Shown here in pieces: positions 13,801-30,200 of a stretch of 64,000 bases of DNA. Within the stretch, counting starts at the first letter, position 1, and every line of letters begins with the position of its first letter. The position numbers were made by a program, and so were the translations under genes. The stretch lies in assembly GCF_009914755.1 (NCBI RefSeq), contig NC_060932.1, one strand, 5' to 3'. Under the pieces are notes generated by a model. The model was not told the origin of the DNA. It saw only the letters and a list, made by a program, of their open reading frames with translations, and searched no databases. This stretch comes from the human T2T-CHM13v2.0 reference genome, Homo sapiens.

Positions 13801-16800
13801 TGATATTGCTTTCAATATCGCAAAAGCTGTACATCCACCTTTTTGATATTGTATTTAATATCCAGGAGAGAGGATCATATTACTTTCCCCACCCCGTGAT
13901 GTTCTTCCTAACATTTATGGGGAAAGAGGATGATATTACTTTCAGTATCCAGGGGATGTATACATCTCTGTGATACTTTTCCTAATATCCACCGTGGGAG
14001 AGGATGATATTACTCTTAATATCACACAGGGTGTACAACATTTCTGTGATATTGTTCCTAATATCCAGGGGAAGAGAAGATAATATTATTCCCTATATTG
14101 CAGAGAATGTACAAACCCCCTGTGATACCTTTTAAATATTTGGTGGCAGAAAGGATGATATTACCCTTAAAACTGCAAGGGGTGTACACCCCCCCGTGAT
14201 AATGTTCCTTGTATCCAAATTAGGGGAGAATGATATTACTCCCAATATCGCAGAAGATGTACACTCCCCCTGTGATATTGTTCCTTATAACCAGGGGGAG
14301 AGAGGATAATATTACTCCCAATATTGCAGGTGGTGTATACCCCCCTGTGATACAGTTTTTAATATCCAGCGGGGGGAGGATAATATTACTCCAATATCTC
14401 AGAGGGTGTACACTCCCCCCTTGATATTCTTCCTTATATCCAGTGGGGGAGTGGATGATATTACTTTCAATATCGCAGCGGATGTACACATCCCTGTGAT
14501 ATTGTTTCTAATATCCAGAAGGGGAGAAGATGATATTGTTTGCAATACCACAGAAAGGGTTCACACCTCCTGTGATATTGTTTCTCATATCCAGTGGGGG
14601 AGAGGATGACATTATTCCCAATATTGCAAAGGGTGAACACCACCACTCTGTGATATTGTTCCTAATATCCAGAGAAGGAGAAGATGATATTACTCTTAAA
14701 ATAGCAGGGGGTGAACACCTCCTTTGTGATATTATTTCTAATATTTAGGGTGGGAGAAGATGATATTACTCCCAATATCGCAGAAGATATACACCACCCC
14801 TGTGATATTCTTTCTAATATCCAGGGAGAGAGAATATGATATTACTCCCAATATCGCAGGGTGTGTACACACCCCTTGTGATATTGTGCCTAATATCCAG
14901 GGGGTAGAGGATGATCCTAATATCCAAGAAGGAGACGATGATATTACTGTTAATATCGCAGAGGGTGTACACCCCCCTGTGATATTGTTCCTAATATTCA
15001 AATGGGGAGAGGAGATATTACTCCCAATATCGCAGGGGGTGTACAAACCTTCTGTGATATTCTAATATCCTGGGGGAAGAGGATGATATTACTGCCAATA
15101 TCTCAGAGGAGGTATATACCCCCTCTGTGGTATTGTTTCTAATATCCGGGGGGGAGAGGATGATAATACTACCAATATTGCAGGGGCGTTACACACCCCT
15201 GTGATAGTGTTCCTAATATCCAGGGGAATAGAAAATAATATTACTTTTAATGTTGCAGGGTGTGTTCACCCCCCTTGTGATATTGTTTCTAACATGCAGG
15301 GGGGAGGGAATGATTTTACTCCCAATATGGCAGGGGCTGCACACCCCCTTGTGATATTGTTTCTAATATCCAGAGATGGAGAGGATGATATTACAACCAA
15401 TATCGAAGGGACTGTACACTCCCCGCCGTGATACTGTTTTTAATATCCAGGTGAGGAGAGAATAATATTACTCCCAATGTCACAGGATGTGTACATCCTT
15501 TCTTTAATATTGTTTCTAATATTTGGGGGGGGAGGTTGATATTACTTACAGTATTGCAGGGGGTGTACAGACGCCCTGTGGTATTCTTCCTAATATCAAA
15601 AAAAAAGAGAGAACGACATTACTCCCAATATCGCAGGGGGTGTACACCCTCTTTGTGGTATTGTTCCTAACATTTAAGAGGGAGAAAATGATATTACTCG
15701 CAGTAATATCGCAGAAGGTGTACACCCCCCTGTGATATTGTTCCTAATATCCAAGAAGGAGATGATGATATTACTGTCAATATCGCAGAGGGTGTACACA
15801 CATCATGTGATATTGTTCCTAATATTCAGGAAAGGAGAGGATGATATTACTTTCAATATTGCCAGGGGTGTACACTCCCCCTCTGATATTGTTCCTAATA
15901 TTCAGAGAGGGAGGGGTAATATTACTCTCAATATTGCATGAGGAGTAGACCTCCCCGGGTGATATTGTTCCTAATATCCAGGTGAGGAGAGGATGACATT
16001 AATCTAATATCACATGAGGTGTACACCCCCCAGTGATATTGTTCTTAATATAAAGAGGGGGAGAGGATGATATTACTCCCAATATCACTGGGTGTGTAAA
16101 ACCCCGGGTGATATTGTTTCTAATATCTAGGGGGGGAGAGAATAATATTACACTCAATATCGAAGGGAGTGTACACCCCCCTGTGATATTCTTCCTAATA
16201 TCCAGTTGGGGAAAGGATGATATTACTCCGATATCATAGGGAGTGTACAGCGTCCTCGTGATATTGTTCCTAATATCTGGAGGGGAGAGAAGTATATTAC
16301 TCCCAATATTTCAGGAGGTGTACATTCCCCATGTGATATTACTTCTAACACCTGGGGGGTGTAGGAAGATATCACTCCCAATATCGCAGAGGATGTACAC
16401 CCCTTCTGTGATATTGTTCCTACTGTTCAGAAGGAGAGATGATGATATTACTCCCAATATCGCAGAGAGTCTACACCCCCTGTGGTATTGTTCTTAATAT
16501 CCAGGTTGGGGGAGGGTAATATTACTCCCAATATCACAAGTGGCATACACTTTCCCTGTGATATTGTCTCTAATATTTAGGAGTGGAGAGGATGATATTA
16601 TTCCCCATATTGCAGGGGTTGTAAACCCCTTCTAATATATTGTTTTTAATTTCCAGGGCGTGAGAGGGTAATATTAGTTTCAATAGTGCAGGCGGTGTAC
16701 ACTCCCATGTTATATTCATCCTAATATTCAGGTGTATACTCTTGTTGTAATATTGTTTTTACTATCCAGGGCGGGAGACAAAAATATTACTCCCAACAGC

Positions 16801-19800
16801 CCAGGGTGTGTACACTCCTCCATTGGATGTTGTTCTCAATATCCAGGGGTGCAGAGGATGATATTACCTCAATATTGCAGGAGGTGTATGACCCGTGTGA
16901 TATTGTTCCAAATATCCAGGGAAGAAGAGGATGTTATCACTTCTAATATCACAGGTAGTGTACACCCTCCCTGTGATATTGTTTCTAGTATACAAAGGGA
17001 AGGGGATGATATTACTCCCTATATTACAGGGGCGGTAAACACCCGTTATGATATTGTTAATAATATTTAGAGGGAGAGATGATGATATTACTGTCAATAT
17101 CACAAAGGGTGTACACCAACTCTGTGCTATTGTTCCTAAAATCCAGTGGAAGAGAGGATGAAAATAATTCCAATATCGAAGACTGTGTACACCCCTTCTG
17201 TGATATTGTTCCTAATATTCAGGGTGGGAGAGGATGATATTGCTCCCAGTATTGGGAGGGGTGCACACACACCCCCGTGAAATTGTTTTAAATATCCAGG
17301 AAGAGAGAGGTTGATATTACTCCCAATAATGCGGAAAGTGTACACACACCCTGTGGTATTGTCCATAATATCTAGGGGGGAGAAAATAATATTACTCCCA
17401 ATATCATAAGAGGTGTAAAACCCCTTTGTTATATTCTTCCTAATATTTAGAGGAAAGAGGATGACACTACTCCCAATATCGCAGGGGTTGTACACGCCCC
17501 CTGTGATATTGTTTCTAATATCCAAGAAGAAGATGATATTACTCCCAATATCGCAGGGGGTGTAACCCCTTTTGTGATATTGTTCCTAATATGCAATGAG
17601 AAAGACGATGATATTATTGTCAATATCGCAGGGGGTGTACAGTCCCCTTGTGATACTGTTCCTAATATCCACAGGGGAACAGGATGACATCACTCCCAAT
17701 ATCGAAGGGGGTGTACACCTCCCCTGTGACGTTGTTACTATTTCCAGAAGGGAAGAGAATGATATTACTTCCAACACTGCAGCCGGGTGTACACCTCCTC
17801 CGTGATATTGTTTCTAATACTCAGGAGGAAAGAAGATGATATTACGCTCAATATCGCAGGGACTCTACACCCCCTCCTGTCATGTTGTCTCTAAAATCCA
17901 GGTGGGGAGAGGATCATATCACTCCCAATATCGCAGGACGTGTACACCCTCCCGTGATATTGTTCCTCATAATCATCAGGAGAGAGGATGATATTACTCT
18001 CAGTGTCGAAGGGGCTGTACACCCCCTCTGTGATATTGTTCCTAATATCCAGGAGGGAAGAGGGTAATAATACTCTCAATATCGCAGGCGGTTTACACCC
18101 CCCTTGTGATATTGTTCCTAATATCCAAGGGGAAAGACGATGATATTACTGCCAATACCACAGGGAGTGTACACCACCCCTGTAATATTGTTCCTAATAT
18201 CCAGGTTGGGAGAGGGTGATATGATGCCCAGTATTGCAGAGGGGTCCACCTTCTTCGTGATATTGTTCCTAATATCCAGCGTGGGAGAGGATGATTTTTC
18301 TCCCAATAATGCAGGGGGTGTACACCCCCTCTGAGACATTGTTTACAATATTATTGACGAGAGAGGATGATATTACCCCCTATAGCACATGGGGTAAACA
18401 CCCTCACTGTAGTATTGTTCCTAATATGTGGCGGGGAGAGGATGATATTACTCCCAGTAGCGCAGGGGATGTACACCCCCCCCTTTGATATTGTTCCTAA
18501 TATCGAGCAGAGGAGAGGATGATATTACTCCCAATACCGCAGTAGGTGTACACACAACCCCCCCGGTGATATAGTTTCTTATATTCAGGGGGGAGAGGAT
18601 GATATTACTTCCAGTATTGCAGGAGGTGTACAACTCCCTGTGATATTGTTCCTAATATCCATGGGCGGAGAAGGTGATATTACTCCCAATATCGCAGAGG
18701 GTGTATACTCTCCTTGTGATATTGTTCCTAATATCCAGAGCGGGAGATGACAATATACTAAAATAGTGCAGGGGGTGTACACCTCCCTGTGATATTGTTC
18801 CAAATATCCAGGAAAGGAGAGGAAGATATTACTCCCAATATCACAGAGATTGTACACCCCCCACCTTGTGATATTATTCCTAATATCCACAGGGAAGAGG
18901 CTGATATTACTGCCCATATTGCAGGGGGCGTACACCCCTGAGATATTGTTAATATTTTCCAAAGGGAGAGATTATTATATTACTATCAATATCGCAGGGG
19001 GGGGAGTACATCACCCCTGTAATATTGTTACTAATATTCAGTAGAAAAGAAAATGATATTAATTCCAATATTGAAGGGAGTGTACACCCCTTCTGTGATA
19101 TTGTTCCTAATATTCAGGGTTGGGGATAGAAAATGATATTACTCTCAGTATCGCAGGGGGGTGTACTATCTCTGCAATATTGTTTCTACTATCCAGGGGA
19201 GAGAGGTTGATAATACTTTCAGTGTTGAAGGGGCTGTACATACACGCTGTTGTATTGTCCCTAGTATTCAGCGGGGAGAGGATGATATTACTCCCAATAT
19301 CACAGGCGGTGCACACCCCCTTTGTGATATTGTTCCTAATATTTAGTGGAAAGAGGATAAAATTACTCCCAATATCGCGGGGGGTGTACACCCCCCCGTG
19401 ATATTGTTTCTTATATCCAGAGAGAAAAGGATGATATTATTCCCAATATCGCAGGGATTGTATACCCCTTTTGTGATACTGTTCCTAATATCCAATGGGG
19501 GAGAAGATGTTGACTGTCAATATCGCAGGCGGTGTACCCACTCCTTGTGATATTCTTCCTAATATCAAGAGGGTGAGAGAATGACATTACTCCCAATATC
19601 GCAGGGGTGTACACCACCCCATGATACGGTTTCTAATATTCGGGGGAAAGAAGATGATATTACTCTCAATATCGAAGGGAATGTACATCCCCCTTGTGAT
19701 AATATCCTTACTATTCAGGTGGGGAGAGGATGATGTTACTCCTGATATTGCAAATGGTTTACACTACCCCGTAATATTGTTCCCAATAACCATGGGGGAA

Positions 19801-22800
19801 AAGGTTGACATTACTTCCAATGCCATAGGGAACGTACGCCCCTCCCCGTGATATTCTTCCTAATATCTGGGAAGGGAGGGGATGATATTCCTTTCAATAT
19901 CGCAGACGGTGTACACCCCACTTGTGATATTGTTTCTAATATTTGAGGGGGGAAACGATGATATTACTGTCAATATCACAGAAAATGAATCTGGACCCTC
20001 CTCCCTGTGATATTGTTCCTAATATCTAGGTTGGGAGACTGTAATATTATGCCCAATATCGCAGAGGGGTACACCCCCTTTGTGATATTGTTCCTAATAT
20101 CCAGGATGAGAGAAAATGTTATTTCTCCCAATATTACAGAGGGTTTACATCAACTCTCAGATATTGTTCCTAATATTCAGAAGGAAAGAGGATGATATTA
20201 CTTTCAATAGCCCTGGGGTGTACACTTCCCCTGAGATATTGTTTTTATTATGCAGAAGGAAAGAGGATAGTATTACACGGAATAGCACAGGGGGTAAACA
20301 CCCCCTCTGTAATATTGTTCCTAATATCCAAGTGAGGAGAGGATATTACTCCCAATATCGCAGGGGCTGTCCACCCCCTCTGTAGATATAGTTCCTAACA
20401 CCGAAGGGAAAAGAGGATGATATTATTTTCAATAATGCAGGGGATGTACTGCTCCCCTGTGATATTCTTCCTGATACCCAGGTTGGGAGAGGATAATATT
20501 ACTTCCAATATCGCAGAATGTGTACACCTTGCCTGTGATATTGTTCCTGATATCCACCAAGGGAGATGAAGAACATATTACTCTCAATATTGCAGAGAGT
20601 ACACAAGCCCCTGTGACACTGTTTTTAATATCCAAGGAAGGAGAAGATGATACTACTCCCAATAGAGCAAGGAGTGTACACACCGCTATGATATTGTTCC
20701 TAATATCCGGGGGGGAGAAGATTACATTACTCCCAATATCACAGTTCTTGTACACACCCCCCGTAATACTGTTCCTAATATCCAGGGGGTAGAGGATGAT
20801 ATTACTTTCAATATCACAGTTCTTGTACACACCCCCCCTGTAATACAGTTCCTAATATCAAGATGAGGAAAGGATAATATTACTCTCAATATCGCAGGGG
20901 GTGTACACCCTCCCCGTTATATTGTTCCTAATATTCAGAGGGGAAGAGAATGATATTACTCCCAACATCGTGGAGGTTTACATTCTCCCGGTGATATTGT
21001 TTCTAATATCCAGTGGGAAAAATGATGATATTACCCCCCAATATCGCAGGGGGTGTACAAGAAACCCCTGTAATACAGTTTTTAATACCCAAGAAAAAGA
21101 GGATTATACTATTCCCAATATCGCAGAGGGTGTACACCTCCCCCCCATGATATTCTTTCTAATATCCAGAAGAGGAGAGAATGATATTACTTTCAATATC
21201 GCAGGGGGTGCACACATCCCTGTGATAGTGTTTTTTCTATCCTGAGGGGGAGAAAATGATATTACTCCCAAAATCGCAAGGGGTGTACAACCATCCTGTG
21301 ATATTGTTCTTAATATCCACGGAGGGAAAGGATGACATTACTCCCAATATTGCAGGGGGTGTACATCCCATTTGTGATATTGTTCCTAATAACCAGGGAA
21401 GGAGAGGATGTTATTATTCTTAATATCTCAGGGAGTGGACACCTTCCCTGTGATATTGTTTATAATATCCAGTTTGGGAGAGGAAGATATTGGTTCCAAT
21501 ACTGCAGAAGGTTTACACCACCCCTAATATCCAAGGAGAAAGATAAAAATATTGCTCCCAATATTGCAGGACGTGTACAGCCTCACAGTTATATTGTTCC
21601 TAATATCCAGAGAGAGAGAAGATGACATTACTCCCAATATTGCATGGGGTACATACTCCCCTGTGATGTTGTTCCTAATATCCAGGGGAGGACAGGATGA
21701 TATTATTCCCAATATTGCAGAGGGTGTACACCCCCCTTGATATTGTTCATAATATCAAGGTGGGAGAAGACAATATTATTTCCAATGTCGCAGAGGGTGT
21801 ACACCTCCTCTGTGATATGGTTCCTAACATCCAGGTTGAGAGAGGATATTACTTTCAATATCACAGAAGGTGTACACCCCACTGTAATATTGTTCATAAT
21901 ATTTAAAGAGGAAGAAAACAGTATTACTCCCAATATGTACAAGGGGCGTACATCCCCCCTGTGATATTGTTTTTAATGTTCAGGAGAGAAGAGGACAATA
22001 TCACTTATTGTTCGTAATGTTTATAGGGAAGAGTATGATATTATTCCGAAAATCCCAGAGGGTGTACACCAACCCTGCGATATTGTTTCTAATATCCTGA
22101 AGGGGAGAAGATAATATTACTTCCAATATCGCAAGGAGTATCCACCCCCCCCGCCATGATATTGTTCCTAATATCCAGAAAGGGAAAAAATGATATTATT
22201 CCCAATATCGCATGAGGTATATACCCCCTTGTGATATTGTTCCTAATATCCAGCGGGGGAGAGGATGATATTACTCTTAATATTGCAGGGGGTGTACACC
22301 CTCCCCTGTGATATTGTTTTTTATATCCAGGAGGAGAGGGGATAATATTACTTCAAATATCACAGGGAGTGTACAATTCCCTGTGATGGTGTTCCTAATA
22401 TCCAGAATAAGAGAAGAGGATATTACTCCCAATATCGCAGAAGCTGTACACCTCACCCATGATATTGTCCCTAATATCCAGGCGGACAGAGGTTGCTATT
22501 ACTCCCAATACTGCAGGAAGTATACACACCTAATGTGATATTATTCCTAATATCCAGGGGGGAGAGGATGATATTACTTTCAATATCACAAAAGGTGTAC
22601 ACCCTGTTTGTGATATTGTTCCTAATATTAGGGGGGAAGAGAATGATGTTACTGCCAATATCGCAGAAGGTGTAAACACCCCGTGATATTGTTTCTAATA
22701 TCCAAAAAGAAAGAAGATGGTATCACTCCAAATGTCGCAGGAGGTGTTCACTGCCCTTGTGATATTTTTCCTAATATCTAAGAGAAGAGACGATGATATT

Positions 22801-24269
22801 AGTGTCAATATCGCAAGGATGTACACACCCCCGTGATATTGTTCCTAATATCCAGGTGGGGAGAGGATGATATTACTCTAAATATCGTAAGGGATTTACA
22901 TCCCACCCCCGTTATATTGTCCTAAATATCCATGTTAAGAGAGGGTGATATGTCCAATATCGCAGAAGCTGTACACAACCCTGTGATATTGTTCCTAATA
23001 TTTTAGGGAAAAAGAGGACGATTTTACTCCCATAATCGCAGGGCGTGTAAACCCCCCTTGAGATATTGTTGTTAATATCCGGGGGAGGAGAGGATGATAT
23101 TACTCGTAATATCACAGGGGGTATAAACCCATTCTGCAATACTGTTCCTAATATGAAGGGGGAGAGAAGATAATGTTACTCCCAATATCGCAGGGCATGT
23201 ACATCACACCTGCGACATTGTTCCTAATATCCACTGCAGGAAAGAATGATACTACTCCCAATTTCGCAGGAAGTGTATAGACTCCTTGTGATATTATTCC
23301 TAATATCCAGGTGGGAGAGATGGAAATATTACTCCCAATATCGCAGGAAGTGTACACTGCCCCTGTGAAATTTTTCCTAATAACCACGGTGGGAGAGGAA
23401 GAAATTATTTGCCATATCGCAGGGGGTGTACACCGTCCGTATGACATTGGTGTTAATATCTAGGGAGAGAGAAAATGATATTACTCCCAATAGTGCAGCA
23501 GATGTACAGACCCCCTGTGATATTGTTCCTAATATACAGAGGGAGAGAGGATGATATTACTCCCAACATCGCGGGGCGGGGGTGTACACCTTCTCTGTGA
23601 TATTGTTTCTAATATTCAGGGAATGGAGGATGATATTACTCCCAGTATTGCAGTGGGTATACACAACCCCTGTGATATTGTTCCTAATATTTAAAGTAAG
23701 ACAGGATGATATTATTCCTAATATCATAGGGGGTGTACACTCTCCCTGTGACAGTCTTCCTAATATCCAAAAGGGGAGAGGATGATATTACTTTAAATAT
23801 CGCAGGGGGTGAACACATCCCTGTGATATTGTTTCTAATACCCGGACGGTAAAGAGATGATAAAACTCCCTAAATATGCAGAAGGTGTACAACATTCCTA
23901 TAATATTATTCTTGGTATCTGGGGGGAGAGAATGACATTACTCAAAATATTACAAGGGGTGTACACCCTGGCCTCGTTATATAATTCTTCTTATACAGGG
24001 GGTGCAGAGAGGATGATATTACTCTCAATATCGTATGAGTGTACACTTCCCCTGCGATATTGTTCCTAATATCCAGGATGAAAGAGGATGATATTACTCC
24101 CAACATCGCAGAAAAAGTACATCACACCTGTGATATTGTTCCTAATATCCAGAACGGAAGAAGATGATATTACTCCCAATATCGCAGGGTGTGTACACCA
24201 GCCCTGTGATATTGTTCCTAATATCCAGAGGAAAAGAGGATATTACTTTCAGTATCTCACGGGAGTGAC

Positions 24270-27200
24270 CATATGTAAAGTAATATCACCCCCTTCTCTC
24301 CCCCTGGATATTACGAGCGACATGGGAGGGGGGAGGACACACCCCGCCACATCGGGAGTAACATCACCCCTCCTTCCTTTTTATGAGCCACTTGGCAGGG
24401 GGATGTCAACACAGCGTGTTTATATTATTGAGAGTAAAATCATGTCCCTCTTTGGAAATACGAGCAACGTCACAGGGGTGTGTACAGCACCTGCGATATT
24501 GGGAGTAATATCACCCTCTCCTCCTCTGGATATTAGAAACAATATCACTGGGGTGTGTACACCTTCTGCGATATTGGGAGTAATATCATATCCTTTTCCT
24601 CTGGATATTAAGAACAACAGCACAGGGAAGGTGTACACCTCCCACCATATTGGGAGCAATATCCTATTTCACCCTAGATATTACAGGGGGGTGTACAGTC
24701 CCTGCGGTATTGGGAATAATATCATTTTATCTCTCCACCCTTGATATTAGGAACAATATCACAGGGGTGTTTACATTCCCTGCGATATTGAGAGTAATAT
24801 CATCTTCTCTCCTTTTGGATATTAGGAAAGATATCACAGGGGGTGTGTACACCCTCTGCGATTTTGAAAGTAATATCCTCTTCTTCCCTGTATATTAGAA
24901 ACGATATCACAAAAGGAATGTACACTTTCTTTGATATTGGGAGTAATATTATCTTCTCCCCTTCTTGGTATTAGGAAAGATATCACGGGGGTGTGTATAC
25001 CTTCCGTGATATTGAGAGTAATATCATCCTCCTTTTTCCTGGATATTAGGAAAAACATGTGAGGGTGGGTGTACACTTCCTGCAATATTGGGAGTAATAT
25101 CATCCTCCATCCTCATATATTAGAAACAATATCCCAAAGGACGTGCACATTCCCTGCGATATTTGGAATAATATTGTCTTCTCCCTTCCGGATATTAGGA
25201 ACAATATCACTTAGGGGTGTACACCTCTTGCGATATTGGGAGTAATCCTCTTTCCCCTTGGATATTAAAAACAATATCACAGAGGGGGTGTACACCCTCT
25301 TAGAAATTGGTAGTAATAACATACTGTCCTTCCCCGGATATTAGAAACAATATTACAGGGTGGGTGTTCACCCACTGCAATTTTTGGAGTAATATCATCC
25401 GCTCCCTTCATAGATATTAGGAACAATATCACAGGCAGGGTGTTTCCCCCACCTGCGATATTGGGAGTAATATCATGCTCTCTTCACCTGAATATTGGAA
25501 TTATTCCCAATATACCCCCTGTGATATTGGGAGTAATACCATCTCTCCTGGATATAATAAATGTTGTCACAGTGGGGGTGTACAAACCCTGCGATTTTGA
25601 AAGTAATATCATCTTCTCCATCACTGAATATTAGAAACATTGTCACACAGATGCGTATACCCCTGTGATATTAAAAGTAATAGCATCCTCTCCCCTCCTG
25701 AATATTAGGAAGAATATCATGGGGAGGAATTGTATACCCCCTGCAATATTGGGAGTAATATCTTCTCCCCCCCGGATATTAAAAACAGTATCACAGAGGG
25801 GTGTACACTCTTTGTGAAATTGGGAGTAATATCATCTTCTCACCCCTGGATATTAGGAACAAAATCACAGGCAAGGTGTGTTCACCCTGCGATATTGAAA
25901 GTAATATCATCCTCTCCGAACCTGGATCACTCCCACCGTGATATTGAGAGAATCATCATTTCTCCTAGTGGATATTGAGAACTATTTCACCCAGGCGGTG
26001 TTCCCCCCACCTGCGATATTGGGAGTAATATCATCCTCTCCCCCACTGAATATTAGAAATAATATCATGGGGGGGGTGTACACCCTTTAAAATATTGAGA
26101 GTAATATCATCCTCTTTCCTTCTGCAAATTAAAAACAATATCACGGGGGGTGTATGCCCCCGCGATATTGGAAATAATATCATACTCTCCCCTCCTGGAT
26201 ATTAGGAACAATATCATAGAGGGGGTGTACACCCCCTGCGATATTGAAAGTAATATAATCACCTCCCCCCTCTGGATATTCACAACAATATCACGATGGG
26301 GGTTTACATCACCTTCGATATTGGGATTAATATCCTCTTTTCCACTGGATATTGGAAACAATATCACAGGGGGTGTACACCCCCTACGATATTGGCAGTA
26401 ATATTATTGTCTTTCTCCTGTATGTTATTAACAACATCAAAAGGGTGGTGTATACCCCCTGAATATAGGAAGTAATATCATCTTCTGCTTCCTGGATATT
26501 AGTTACAATATCACAGGGGATGTGTAGACTCCCCGCGATATCGGAAGTAATATCATCTTCTCCCGTCTGGATATTAGGAAAAATATCACAAGGGGTTGTA
26601 CACCCCCTGTGATATTGTGAGTAATATCATCCTCTTGTTCTCTAGAAAGTAGGAGCAATGTAACAGGGGGTGTAAACCTCCTGCGATATTGGGAGTAATA
26701 TTGTCGTCTCGTTTTCTAGAGATGAGGAACAATATCACAAGGAGAGTATACACTCCCTGAGATATTCGGAGTAGTATCATCCTCTTCCCCTTTGGATGTT
26801 AGAAACGGTATCACAGGAGGGGTGTGCACACCCTGCGATATTGAAAGTAATATTATTCTCTGTTCTCTGCGACATTAGAAACAATATCACAGGTGGAGTG
26901 TACACACCCCACGATATTGTGTGTAATATCATCCTCTCTTCTCTTCAATATGAGAAACTATATCACATCGGTGTGTACACCCGCTGCGTTATTGGGAATA
27001 ATATTATTTCTCCCCGCCTGGATATTAGGAGCAATATCACAGGGAAGGTGTACAACCCCTGCGCTATTGGGAGTAATATCACCCTCTCCCCCACTGGATA
27101 CTAGAAACAACATTTCAGGGAGGAGTGTAAACTTTTTGCGATTTTGGTAGTAATATTATTCTCTCCGCCTTGGATATTAAAAAAGAATAAGAATATTACA

Positions 27201-30200
27201 TAGGGGTGTACACCCCCTGCGATTCAGGGTAATATCACCCTTTCCCCACCTGAATATTAGGAACAATATCACAGGGGTACACACCCTATGATCTTAACAG
27301 TAATATCCTCTTTCCTTCTGAACAATATAAACAACATCACAGTGGGGGTTTACACCCTTTGCTACATTGGGAGTAATATTATCCTTCTTCCCCTGGATAT
27401 TAGGAATAATATCACATGGAGGGTGTACACCCCCTGCGATATTGGAAGGAATATCATCTTCTCCCCTTATAATTATTAGGAACAATATCACAGGGGGCGT
27501 GTACACCTCCTGCGATATTGGGAGTAACATCATCCTCTCCCCACCTGAATATTAAAAACAGTATCACAGGGGTGTGTGTGTACACCCCCTGTGTGTGTAC
27601 ATCCTCTCTTCCCCTGAATATTAGGAATAATATCACTAGGGTGGTGTACATCCCCTGCAATATTAGGAGTAATATCATCCTCTCCTCCACTGGGGATTAG
27701 GAAAAATATCACAGGAAAGGTGCACACCCCCTGCGATGTTGAGAGTAATATCATCGTCTCCCCCCTTAGATGTTAAGAACAATATCACACGAGAAATGTG
27801 CATCCCCTGCGATATTGGGAGTAATATTATCCTCTCCGACCCTGGATATGAAAAACAATATCACAGGAAGCGTGTACGTTCTCTGAGATATTGGGAGTAT
27901 TATAATTTTCTCTCCTTTAAATATTAGGAACAATATTTTTAAAAAGGTGTACACCCCCTGCGACATTGGGAGTAATGTCATCATCTCCCTTCTGGATATG
28001 AGGAACAATACCACAGGGGGTGTGTTTACCCCCTGCATTATTGGGAGGAATATCAGCCTCTCCCTCCCTGGATATTAGAAACAATATCACAGTGGGGGGT
28101 TTACACACTCTGCGATATTGGGAGTAATATCATCCTCTCCCCACATGGATATTAAAGAAACAATATCACAGAAGGGGTGAATACCTTCTTCAATATTGGA
28201 TGTAATATCATCCTCTTCCCCCCACACCCCGCCGGATATTAGGAACAATAACACAGGGGGTTGCACATCCCCTGCGTTATTGGGAGTAATATCATTCCCT
28301 CCCCCATTGGATATTAGGAACAATATCACAGGAGTGGTGTGCACCTCCTGCGATATTGGGAGTTAATATCATCTTCTCCCCACCTGGATATTAGAAACAA
28401 TATTATGGGGGGGTGTACACCCTCTGCGATATTGGGAGTAATATCATCCTCTCCCCCTCTGATTATTAGAAACAATATCACAGTGGGGTGTACACTTCTT
28501 GCAATATCGGAAGTAATATCATCCTCTCCCCCCTGGTATTAGAAACAATATCACAAAGGGGATGTACACACCCTGCGATATTGACAGTAATATCATCATC
28601 TTTTTTCTTGGATATTAGGAACAATATCCCATGGGGGTTCACACCCTTGCGATATTAGAAGTAATATCCTCCTCTCCCCTTTAGGATATTAGAAACAATA
28701 TCACGGGGCGTGTACACCCTCTGTGATATTGAGAGTAATATCATTTTCTCCTCACGATACATTAAGAACAATATAAAAAAGGGGGTGTACATCTGTTGCG
28801 ATATTGGGAGTATTGTCATCTTTTTTCTTCTGGATATTAGGAACAATACCACAGTGGATGTGTACACCCCTGCAATATTGAAAGCAATATCAACCTCTCC
28901 CCCCCCCCAGATATTAGGAAAAATATCAAGGGGGGCTGTACACCCCTTGCGATACAAGGAGTAATATTATCCTCTCCTCACCTGGCTTTCAAAAACAATA
29001 TCACAGGGGGTTGTACACCCCTTCGATTTTGGGAGTAATATCCTCTCCCTCTCTGGATATCAGAAACAATATCACAGGGTGAATGTACATTCCCTAGGAT
29101 ATTGGGAGTAATATCTTTCTCTTTACCTTTGGATATTAGGAACAATATCACAAGGGGTTGTAAAACCCCTGCGATATGTATACTAATAGTATCCTCTTCT
29201 TTCCTGGATATCAAAAACAATATCACAAGGTGGATGTACACACCCTGCGATATTGGGAGTAATATTATGCTCTCTTCCTCTGGATATTAGAAACATCACA
29301 GAAAGGGTGTACACCCCTACGACATTGGGAATAATATCATCCTCTGCGACCCTGAATATTAGGAACATTATCACAGGAAGGGTGTGATAACCCCCTGCAA
29401 TATTGGGAGGAATGTCATCCTCTCCCACCTTGAATATTAGGAACAGTATCACAGGAAGGGTGTACACCGTACATCCCCTGGGATATTGGGAGGAATATCA
29501 TCCTCTCCCACCCTGAATATTAGAAATAATATCACAGGAGATTGTTCACCCTCTGTAATATTGTAAGTAATATCATCCTCTCTCTCTCTCTAAATATTGG
29601 GAACAATATCACAAGAGAGGTGTACACCCCTGGTGATGTTGGGTGTAATATTATCATCTCTCGCTTTGGATATTAGAAACAATGTGACAGAAGGTGTGTA
29701 CAACCGCTGCGGTATTGGGAGTAATATCATCCTCTCTCCACTTGAATATTAGAAACATTGTCACCTGGGGAGTGTAAACCCCCTTGCGATTTTGGACATA
29801 ATATCATTATTTTCCTTCCTGGATATTATGAACATTATCACAGAATGCGTGTACACCCCCTGTGATATTGGGAGTAATATCATCCTCTCCCTTTTTGGAT
29901 ATTAGTAACAATATTACAGAGGAGGTGTACACCTCTGCGATCTTTGGAGTAATATTATCTTCTCCCCCTTTGGATATTCAGAAAATATAACATGGGGTTG
30001 TACACTCCCTGCGATGTTGGAAGTAATATCATCCTCTCCCTCCTGAATATTAGGAACAATATCAAGGTGGGGGTGTACAGCCCCTGCAATATTGGGAGTA
30101 ATGTCCTATTCTCCCCCTTATGATTTTAGGAACATTATCACAGGGGAAGTGTACACCTTCTGCGACATTGGGAGTAATATCATCTTGTTTCTTTCTGGAT

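Noticed and set aside
24088-24744. 218-aa ORF, and the 205-aa ORF at 30564-31181
   Set aside because: Chance open frames crossing the satellite inversion junctions.
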